Of a DNA stretch of 64,000 nucleotides, positions 48,130-56,446 are shown piece after piece. Within the stretch, counting starts at the first letter, position 1; every line of letters begins with the position of its first letter. Source of the stretch: Candidatus Bathyarchaeota archaeon. Lineage in GTDB: Archaea > Thermoproteota > Bathyarchaeia > Bathyarchaeales > Bathycorpusculaceae. The notes beneath the pieces were generated by a model. The model saw only the letters and a program-made list of their open reading frames with translations, was not told the origin of the DNA and did not search any database. The translations under genes were made by a program, and so were the position numbers. Location of the stretch: NCBI GenBank assembly GCA_963715865.1, contig OY970280.1:1472001-1536000 (forward strand), read 5' to 3'.

Positions 48130-50602
48130 TTGATTAACATGCAGCCTATGCCTAAAGAATACAACTTTGCAGAAATAGAACGAAAATGGCAGCAGAAATG
48201 GGAAGAAATGGGTATCTACCATTACGACTGGAACGACAAAAAACGCGTTCCCTACAGCATAGACACTCCACCGCCCTATCCGTCAGGCGAATTGCACATG
48301 GGCAACGTTTTGAACTGGACCTACTTTGACATGGTAGCACGATACAAACGCATGCAAGGCTTCAACGTGCTCTTCCCGCAAGGCTGGGACTGCCATGGCT
48401 TAGGCATAGAAATCCAAGTTGAAAAAACACATAACATACGCAAACGTGACGTTCCGCCAGACCAGTTCCGCAAGTGGTGCATGGAGCTGGTGGAAAAATA
48501 CATTGCCATGATGAAAGAAGGCATTCTCAAGCTGGGCTGCAGCATAGATTGGACAACAGAGTACCGCACAATGGATCCAGATTACTGGAGACGCACGCAA
48601 TTAAGCTTCATTTTGCTCTACAAAAAAGGCTACATGTACCAGGGCACGCACCCAGTGAACTGGTGCCCCAGAGACGAAACCGCCATCGCGGATGCTGAAG
48701 TAGATTATCAGAAACGCGAAGGCATACTGCATTACATCCGTTTCCCATTCGAGGGCACAGGCGAGTACGCGTTAATCGCAACTTCCAGACCAGAGTTTAT
48801 TCCTGCATGCGTCGCCATCGAAGTCAATCCCAAATGACGAGCGATACAGCAAGTACGTTGGCAAAAAAATCGTTGTACCAATAGTCAACCGTTCCGTGAC
48901 GGTCATCGCTGACGAATGCGTTGATCCCGCCTTTGGCACTGGAGTAGTCATGATATGCACCTACGGCGACAAAGAAGACGTTAAAACAGTCATCAAGCAC
49001 AAGCTTCCCGTCATAATGCTTCTCACCGAAAATGGACGCATTAACGAGAACGGCGGCAAATACGCTGGCTTAACAATAAACCAAGCACGAGCAGCCATAG
49101 TTGAAGACCTCACGGCAGCTGGGTTGCTTGAGAAAACCGAGAAAATCATGCAGGAAGTAGGCGTTTGTGACCGCTGCAAGACTCACGTGGAAATCCTTGA
49201 GCGAAAACAATGGTTCATGAACACCCGCAAATTAACCGACGCCGTAGAAAAGACAGCGAACGAGATAGCTTGGTATCCTGATTACATGAAAAACCGCTTA
49301 ATCGACTGGGCAAAATCGCTCGATTGGGACTGGGTAATAAGCCGCCAACGTCTTTTTGCCACACCGATTCCAGTTTGGTACTGCAAAAACTGCGGCGAGC
49401 TAATCCTAGCCGAAGAGGACTGGGTTCCAATAGACCCAAAACTGGAGAACCCACGCATAAACAAGTGCCCAAAATGCGGCGGCAAAGAGTTCACTGGCGA
49501 ACAAGACGTTTTCGACACCTGGATGGATTCATCAATAACATGCGCTGTTCATGCTGGCTGGCCTGACAGGGCAGATTGGAAGCATCTTTTCCCAGCGGAC
49601 GTTCATCCCTCAGGCACCGATATAATCAGGACTTGGGCGTATTACTTGATGGTTCGGCACTTGGCGCTTTTTGATGAGAAGCCGTTCAAGAGTTGTCTTA
49701 TCAACGGCATGGTTCTAGGTTCTGATGGCAGAAAGATGAGCAAATCGCTGAAGAATTATGCTGCTGCGCCTGAAGTGCTAAACAAGAACGGAGCCGATGC
49801 TACTCGCCAATGGGCCGCTGGTGGTGGAGCAACAGGCTCCGACATTCCGTATCGTGCTCAGGATGTGGAGTATGGCAGGCGTTTCTTGGTTAAGTTGTGG
49901 AATGTTTCAGGTTTCACGAGTAAACTCTTAGCTGACTATGAGCCTAGTGTACAGGCTGATTTGGAGCTTCAGCCGCTAGACAAGTGGATTATTAGCAAAG
50001 CCGAAAACTTAACAAAAAAGGTGACCGAGGCTTTTGAAAAATGCCAGTTTAACATTGCTGTTGAAGATATCCGAAATTTCACATGGCACGTTTTCTGCGA
50101 CTATTACGTTGAAGCAGTGAAAGATAGGCTTTACAATCCTGACTTGCATGGTCAAGCGAAACGGTTGGCAGCTCAGTACACACTCTACGAGGTTCTCTAC
50201 CGCGTGTTGCAGTTGCTGGCGCCTGTTACTCCACATTTGACTGAAGAAATTTACCAGCACATGTTTGCAGAAAACAAGGGCTTTGAAAGCTTGCAGATTT
50301 CGCCCTGGCCCCAGTTCAATTCGGCACTTGTGAATGAAGAAGCAGAGAAGAACGGTGACTTGATTATTGCTGTTATCAGCGAAGTGCGGCATGATAAGGC
50401 AGAGAAGAAGTTGCCTCTTAATGCGCCAGTTAAAAACTTAATCATTTACGCTGGCAGTGATGAGAACGCGAAAGTTATCCATTCAGGCAGCGCAGACATT
50501 GCTGGAACCTTAAAGGTTGCAAACATCCAAGTTCTCCCTGAAAAGCGGTCTGAAGGACGTCAAGTCAGTCCTTATGACGTTTACATCAGAGCGGAATATT
50601 AA
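48130..50602 (+). CDS. valS: Valine--tRNA ligase, split by a one-base insertion at 48832-48834
   Basis: DTPPP, HMGN, GWDCHG, DWVISRQR, KMSKS; removing one A gives NPNDERY. Confidence 0.93.
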
Positions 50603-50612
50603 GGTGCAAAGC

Positions 50613-51365
50613 ATGACCGAAAACAAAGAAAAAAAGAAAGTGGGACTGATAGGTTGCGGCGCAATTGGCACTGTACTAGCAGAAGCTATCGAACGAAAAC
50701 TAGTAGTCTGCGACGAGTTGGTTGTTTACGACTTTGACGCTTCAAAAGCGCAGAAGCTCAAGAGCACACTCAATTTTCCTGTCACAATTGTTGAAAGCGT
50801 TGATGAATTGCTTGCTTTAAAGCCCAAGGTTATTGTGGAAGCTGCGTCGCAGCAGGCAGCTAAAGATTATGTTCCAAAAGTTGTTTCTGCAGGAATCGAG
50901 CTAATTGTAATGAGTACAGGCGCATTGTTAAGTTTGAATGTTGATTTAAGTAGGGTTCATGTTCCTTCAGGTGCTATCGGCGGCTTAGATGCACTTTCCA
51001 GCGCGGCTTTAGCTGGGATTAACGAGGTAGTTTTGACTTCACGCAAGAATCCGAAAGCTTTAGAGACTGACAACAAAGAAGAAAAAATTGTTTACGAGGG
51101 CTATGCTGAAGAAGCCGCTAGGCTGTTTCCAAGGGAAATGAATGTTGCCGCCACTTTAGCGTTAACTGTTAAACCAGCCAAAGTGAAAGTACGAGTGGTT
51201 TCTGATCCGTCGGTTAAACGAAACACCCACGAGATTCAAGTTAAATGGCGGTTCGGTGAAATGTTTTTGCGTTTTGCGAACGATCCTCACCCTGAGAATC
51301 CACGTACAAGCGCATTGGCTGCATGGTCTGCCATTAAATTATTGCAGTCTCTTTTGAAAACTTAA
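50613..51365 (+). CDS. nadX: L-aspartate dehydrogenase family
   Basis: GLIGCGAIG, VEAAS, MSTGAL, PSGAIGGLD, TSRKNP, FP..MNVAA, NPRTS.LAA; ATG 50613 lies 11 bp after the valS stop. Confidence 0.85.
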   Translation: MTENKEKKKVGLIGCGAIGTVLAEAIERKLVVCDELVVYDFDASKAQKLKSTLNFPVTIVESVDELLALKPKVIVEAASQQAAKDYVPKVVSAGIELIVMSTGALLSLNVDLSRVHVPSGAIGGLDALSSAALAGINEVVLTSRKNPKALETDNKEEKIVYEGYAEEAARLFPREMNVAATLALTVKPAKVKVRVVSDPSVKRNTHEIQVKWRFGEMFLRFANDPHPENPRTSALAAWSAIKLLQSLLKT

Positions 51366-51412
51366 TGCTAACATGATTGAAAATTAAAGATAAAGAAAAA
51401 AGGAAAAATGGT

Positions 51413-52639
51413 TTATTCAGTTTTTTCTTCACTGGATTCTTCTGCTTCTGTTTCGGCTGCGGCTTCTTCTGCGGCTGCTTCCGTATGCGCCCCCTGAGGC
51501 GCTTCTAAAGGGTGGGCCTGCGGTATGGCCTCCTCCACTATTACCGGCTCGATAACTGGCTCAATTACTGGTTCAACTGTTGCCTGCGTCGGCGCTTCTT
51601 CTGGGATGACCTCTAAAACTTCGTTTTCAACCTCAACTGCTGGCTGTTCTGGCGCTGGCTCAGCGATTACTTCAGTCGGAGTAACGTTTGCTGTTTCAGC
51701 TTCATCTGCTGGTTGTTCTGGCGGTGCTGCTTCTGGAGCTGCTGCTTCCATGTTTATGGCTGGTTCTTGTGGCGTTGTCTCGGTTATTGCTGGCTCTTGA
51801 GGGGCAATTTCAGGTGTTGGTTCATTTATTACTTGTATTTCTGGTTCTGGGGGAGCAATTGGAGCAGTCTCTACTGGAGTAATCTCGACGGGTGGAGTCT
51901 CAGCTGGGGCAACTTCAACTGGAGCGGTTTCCACTGGTGTATTTTCGATTGTCGCGGTTTCGATTGGGGCTGGAGCAGTTTCTACTGGGGTTGCTTCTAC
52001 TGGAGCAGTTTCTATAGGAGCGCTTTCAACTGGGGCTGCTTCTGCTTTTGCAGTTTCAACTGGAATCTCAACTGGAGCAGTTTCAACAGGAGCGGGCTCT
52101 GCTGGCGATGTTTCTACTACAGTTTCAACTGGGGCTGCTTCGACTGGAACCTCCACCGGGGTTGGTTCAACTGGCGCTGGTTGTGCAACTTCAGCTTCGA
52201 TGATGGGAACAACTGGTTCTGGGGCTGCTGGCGCTTGTATTGATGGTGCTGTTGGGCTTAGTTGGTTTGCGGCTTGTTTTATTACGTTTAGTTCGTTTCT
52301 AGTTGTTTCTAGTCCAGTTGTGAGAAGGTTCATTTCCCGCTGATAAATTTCCTCATCGATTTCTCCTACTACGTGTTGAATCTCATAGTTAGCAAGAAGT
52401 GTTTCTAATGTTTTAATCTGGTTTTCTAGTTCTTCGGTTTTTACTTGCATTCTTTCAACTAGTTCTTTCTGTTGTTTTTCGATTTCGACGATTGCTGCAC
52501 CGATGTCGCTGTTAAAAGAGTCGCGTGTTGCCTGAGAAATTTTGCCAGTTTCAAAAAGGTTGTCTAACGCTTTCTTCTTTTTCTTAGCTATTTCGTATTC
52601 TTCATTTAATCGTTTAAATGTATATTTCCATGAAATCAA
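51413..52639 (-). CDS. CdvA-like coiled-coil protein with long Pro/Glu/Ala/Thr-rich acidic tail
   Basis: KKKKALDNLFETGKISQATRD...ETLLANYEIQHVVGEIDEEIY resembles the CdvA coiled coil; GGTG RBS then TTG at 52639. Confidence 0.65.
   Translation of the reverse strand: MISWKYTFKRLNEEYEIAKKKKKALDNLFETGKISQATRDSFNSDIGAAIVEIEKQQKELVERMQVKTEELENQIKTLETLLANYEIQHVVGEIDEEIYQREMNLLTTGLETTRNELNVIKQAANQLSPTAPSIQAPAAPEPVVPIIEAEVAQPAPVEPTPVEVPVEAAPVETVVETSPAEPAPVETAPVEIPVETAKAEAAPVESAPIETAPVEATPVETAPAPIETATIENTPVETAPVEVAPAETPPVEITPVETAPIAPPEPEIQVINEPTPEIAPQEPAITETTPQEPAINMEAAAPEAAPPEQPADEAETANVTPTEVIAEPAPEQPAVEVENEVLEVIPEEAPTQATVEPVIEPVIEPVIVEEAIPQAHPLEAPQGAHTEAAAEEAAAETEAEESSEEKTE
51850..52190 (-). repeat. 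Degenerate 15-bp coding repeat (P-V/I-E-T-A pentapeptide)
   Basis: Repeated PVETA/PIETA/PVESA units; DNA units like ACTGGAGCAGTTTC on the + strand. Confidence 0.8.
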
Positions 52640-53031
52640 TTTTAAGGCACCGTACCTTTTTAGCGTAAAAGAAGAGATAACGTTTGTTAACATGCGCATA
52701 TATCGCTAACTATTAAAAATGGCTACTGAAGCAGCGTAATGGAAATTTTGCATTAAAATTTCATACTGTTTCTACGTGTTTATGTATATGAAAATTGAAA
52801 ATTTTTTAGACTTTACTTAAAGCCAATGACATTTCCATGTAAATTATTGCATATCCGTTGCCGTGCGATGGCATAATATTTGAAAATGCGTCTATTGTCA
52901 ATTGACTTGTACGAGAGGCTTGTTAGTGCATATTCGTTTATTTTGTTTATACTTTTCTGATTCTGTTATAACATACTATTCTAAATCCGAATAAATCTTA
53001 TATATCTAAACACGAATAAACAATAACGAGC

Positions 53032-53400
53032 GTGCAAAGCATGGTAGCATTAACAATTACAGTTAACGGTGAAAAATCAGAAGCAAAAATAATAAAAAAA
53101 ATGCATGAAAGAGTAATCAAAAGCTTCATGGACACAATAATAATGGCCGAATTACAAAACGGACCCATAAGTGGATACGACGCAATATCATACATACATA
53201 ACAAGTTCGGCTTCCTAGTCAGTTCAGGCACAGTTTACTCACTTCTATACTCTCTTGAAAGAAACGGCCTAGTCGAAGGAACATGGTTTGAAAGAAAAAG
53301 AGTCTACAAACTCACCGAAAAAGGCGCAAAAACCATCGAAACAATACTTAACTCTCAGGATAAAATCAAAGGTTTCATGACAATGATCCTAAAAGCATAA
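53032..53400 (+). CDS. PadR-family winged-helix regulator
   Basis: SGYDAI, SSGTVYSLLYSLERNGLV, RVYKLTEKG. Confidence 0.85.
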   Translation: MQSMVALTITVNGEKSEAKIIKKMHERVIKSFMDTIIMAELQNGPISGYDAISYIHNKFGFLVSSGTVYSLLYSLERNGLVEGTWFERKRVYKLTEKGAKTIETILNSQDKIKGFMTMILKA

Positions 53401-53492
53401 ACAATCCATTAACCTATTTCTTTTTATCACTATTTCAATCGAAATGCTAAAAAACCCCTTCTCATTTTCCTATAGCCACAACAAATTCGAGC

Positions 53493-53567
53493 GGGTCCGT
53501 AGCTCAGTCAGGCTAGAGCACCGGACTTTTAATCCGGGGGTCGCGGGTTCAATTCCCGTCGGACCCG
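53493..53567 (+). tRNA. tRNA-Lys(TTT), no intron, CCA not encoded
   Basis: Acceptor GGGTCCG/CGGACCC, anticodon arm CCGGA-CTTTTAA-TCCGG, T-arm GCGGG-TTCAATT-CCCGT. Confidence 0.95.
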
Positions 53568-53568
53568 C
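53541..53568 (+). repeat. attL-like direct repeat (tRNA-Lys 3' end)
   Basis: TCGCGGGTTCAATTCCCGTCGGACCCGC. Confidence 0.9.
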
Positions 53569-53634
53569 CTTTTCCCGAGGTTCAACAACTTTATAAGCTC
53601 GAACAGCCTTATTTTCCGCGTAGGAGGATAAATC

Positions 53635-54984
53635 TTGCCCTATAAGGGGTTGGAGAGCCTAAACATAAAAGAAAACTGCGTCGCAAAGTGGGCAGACGAC
53701 CTAAGCCCCAAAACCGCGCGCAACTACGTATACTACTTCTTGCGCTACCTCCAATGGTGCAAGCAAAAGAAACTTTGGGCTTCAGCCGCCGACATGCTAA
53801 AAGACTACGGCGAACTCTCTGCAAACGAGAAATACAGGCATCTTGACGCCCTAATAGAATACGTCAAAACCAGAGGAACAGGCACAAGCGATAAGAGACA
53901 CTTCTATTTCGCGGCGAAGAGCTTTTACGCCTATCACAGGCTCCCGCTTCCCGAACCCTCCAAAAGCGAACTATCAAGGATGTTCAGGCCTTCGGAAAAC
54001 GACAAGAGAAAAGCCATAGAAACGCCTCCCCTAATGCTGGACGAGGTTCGGAAACTGATCATGAACGTCAGGCACCCCTACAAAGCAGCGTTGATGACCA
54101 TCCTTCAGAGTGCAATGGGGCTTGAAGAGTTCGAAGAGTTCAACCTTGCGGGATGGAGAAAAGCCGTTAAGAATCTCGATGCGTCCGAGCCGTTGAGGAT
54201 CGACCTTTACAGAGAGAAGACAAGCAAGACCCAGGTCAAGAAGTACTACACTTGGATAGGGCGAGACGCAAAAGAGCTGCTAAAAGAGTGGCTCCTCATA
54301 AGGCCGGAAAACTCCAGGAACGACGCGTTATTTCAGGTGTACAATAAGAATGTTGGAGAGTTTGTTCCGTTGAGCGGAAGGGGACTTTCTGACTGCGTTA
54401 GGGAAACAGCTAAGAGGATTGGACTGATAAAGCCTAACCAGCTTAGGAGGTATCACGTTCATGCTCATGAGTTCCGGGATCTCTTCAAGAGCCTTTGCAC
54501 TCTGAGCGGGGTAAATCCGTTGGCTAGCGAATTTTTCATGGGGCACGACATTGACAAGCTGGGGTATGATAAGTCGCCACAGTACGACGAATCGTGGTTC
54601 AAGAGGGAGTACTTGAAAATCGAGCCCAAGCTGAATATTCTTTCGAATCCTTCTGGTGCAAATATTGAGGAAAAGATGGATCAAATGAGAAGAGACATGG
54701 TGCAAGCCGCCATCGGAAAGTTTGCTGAGGCGTTTGGGATAGACCCGATCAGGGTAAAGGTGGAGAAGCAGAAGGAGCTTGGGAGAGAACTGAAGCCGGA
54801 AGAGGAAATACAAGCGCTGCAATTAGCAATTAAGAAGGCGAGGGAAAATGACACCTCTCATAATGGGGATAACGATCCCAAGAAGATCATAGGAGAGGAT
54901 GAACTGGAGAAACATCTGCTTGAAGGGTGGGATGTGCAGATGACTTTGCCAAGCGGAAAAATCTTGGTGAAAAAGCTAAACTAG
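53635..54984 (+). CDS. Tyrosine recombinase/integrase
   Basis: SPKTARNY N-domain, REKT, HEFR, MGH, downstream Tyr candidates (YDKSPQY); 67 bp from tRNA end. Confidence 0.85.
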   Translation: MPYKGLESLNIKENCVAKWADDLSPKTARNYVYYFLRYLQWCKQKKLWASAADMLKDYGELSANEKYRHLDALIEYVKTRGTGTSDKRHFYFAAKSFYAYHRLPLPEPSKSELSRMFRPSENDKRKAIETPPLMLDEVRKLIMNVRHPYKAALMTILQSAMGLEEFEEFNLAGWRKAVKNLDASEPLRIDLYREKTSKTQVKKYYTWIGRDAKELLKEWLLIRPENSRNDALFQVYNKNVGEFVPLSGRGLSDCVRETAKRIGLIKPNQLRRYHVHAHEFRDLFKSLCTLSGVNPLASEFFMGHDIDKLGYDKSPQYDESWFKREYLKIEPKLNILSNPSGANIEEKMDQMRRDMVQAAIGKFAEAFGIDPIRVKVEKQKELGRELKPEEEIQALQLAIKKARENDTSHNGDNDPKKIIGEDELEKHLLEGWDVQMTLPSGKILVKKLN

Positions 54985-55104
54985 GGCAAATGAGATTGAC
55001 ATAAAGGCTCTCCATTTCAACATAGCAACCCTATCGGTTCCTAATACTAAGTAACTCAAAGTTGTAGACAAGTTTTAAATCTATTAGTTCAGAAATCTAA
55101 TGAT

Positions 55105-55368
55105 ATGCCAGAAAGAAATAAATCCCCACCAGACTGGAAACTTTGCGAAACCGCAAAAAGCATCGAATATCAAGGGCAAGGTTGCTTTGTAGCGCCCACT
55201 GGAAGGGGATCCGATTTCGTTGCGGTGTGTCCCGACAGAAAGCCAACGCTTGTTGAAGTAAAAAAGGGATATGGGGCGTTAAGTAAACTTCAAAGAGAAA
55301 CAAGAGATTTAGCGCTGACAAGTGGTTTTGACTACAAAGTCGAATTGCTTAACTCAAGACTGCCCTAA
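55105..55368 (+). CDS. Small PD-(D/E)XK nuclease, VRR-NUC/Hjc-like
   Basis: SDFVA...LVEVK...LSKLQ...GFDYKV. Confidence 0.6.
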   Translation: MPERNKSPPDWKLCETAKSIEYQGQGCFVAPTGRGSDFVAVCPDRKPTLVEVKKGYGALSKLQRETRDLALTSGFDYKVELLNSRLP

Positions 55369-55423
55369 ACGTATTGGAGGCATGCCAAGCGTAGGTAAAA
55401 TCGAAATCCATCCTTTTGCCTCC

Positions 55424-55999
55424 CTAGAGGTTAAGAATCCTCACCTTGTAGCCTTCAGCATTCAGTTTCTCGAACTTAGCCTTCTGGTCAGCCTCATCTT
55501 TGCATTCGATTACAAGCTCATAGCTCTCAGGCACAAGGCTGGAGCCTTCATGTGGACCCCCTAAGTCTTCCGGCAGCTTCTCTCCAACGGCTGAGAGCAA
55601 TGCCTGCAAATCATCCCTTTCCCCAGCCTGGATAATTCGGGTAAACTCTTCAATGTTTAACTCGTGGCTGTGTTTGCCCTTGAGCTTGTTTAAAATCTGC
55701 CTGAGCATTCGCCTATCCACATCAGAAACAGGTAACCGCAATACTGGAGCGAAAAACTCTTTATGAGCAATGCAAACTTGCGCACGTTGTTCGCCGTCTG
55801 CAAAAACTCCGTTTTTATTGGCAATGATAGGATAGGTCCAACCGTACTTTTGAAGGCTATGCCAGACTTGCTCCTGCTGCTTTGCAGTCATCTTGTTGGG
55901 GTTCTGCTCATCAGTTTTCAATAGTCGGATGTCTTCAAGCAGAGGCAGATAAGCTGAAGGAATATTGAGGGTTGTTTTCTTTTCAGCCAAGATAGCCAT
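55424..55999 (-). CDS. ParB/Srx N-terminal domain protein
   Basis: NPNKM...SLQKYGWTYPIIAN...ADGEQR...NKLKG; ORF track starts at 56053. Confidence 0.7.
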   Translation of the reverse strand: MAILAEKKTTLNIPSAYLPLLEDIRLLKTDEQNPNKMTAKQQEQVWHSLQKYGWTYPIIANKNGVFADGEQRAQVCIAHKEFFAPVLRLPVSDVDRRMLRQILNKLKGKHSHELNIEEFTRIIQAGERDDLQALLSAVGEKLPEDLGGPHEGSSLVPESYELVIECKDEADQKAKFEKLNAEGYKVRILNL

Positions 56000-56097
56000 C
56001 GATAAAAAGTAAATTCTGGGTCGGAGAAAAAGGCTGTTGTTATACTTTAACAACCATTATTAACACGGGCTACCTAGCAAGTAAAAGGGAATATATC

Positions 56098-56250
56098 ATG
56101 CGGAAGCACCCAGTAAGCATAGCTCTATCAAACCGCATATTGCAAAAGATAGACCAAGAAGCCGCAGGGCAAAAAAGGTCAAGAAGTGACTGGGTGGAAC
56201 TGCATTTCGAAGAAGTCTTCTCAAAGAAGGAAAACTCAAGCAATAGCTAA
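56098..56250 (+). CDS. Ribbon-helix-helix (CopG-like) protein, 50 aa
   Basis: Manual translation MRKHPVSIALSNRILQKIDQEAAGQKRSRSDWVELHFEEVFSKKENSSNS; below ORF-track cutoff; divergent from the ParB-N gene. Confidence 0.7.
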   Translation: MRKHPVSIALSNRILQKIDQEAAGQKRSRSDWVELHFEEVFSKKENSSNS

Positions 56251-56446
56251 TAAGTGATGTTATTACTTGGTTTTCAATTATAGGTTTGCTGAGGCCCTGG
56301 CACAACTTATAGGAGAAAAGAAAATGCAACTATCACGATCTATAGCGACATATTTAATTTTAACCAGAGCCCTCTCAGCCCCTATCTCTTCTCAATTGCT
56401 TTTTAAGACTAAAAAAGGGGAAAATGGAATTTTTGGCTGTGCATTT

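Noticed and set aside
11221-50602. Programmed ribosomal frameshifting as a shared regulatory system
   Set aside because: No common slippery motif or structure; the genes are unrelated; uniform one-base insertions fit technical error better
53635-54984. SSV1-type integrase split by its att site
   Set aside because: The integrase ORF is intact and lies wholly inside the repeats
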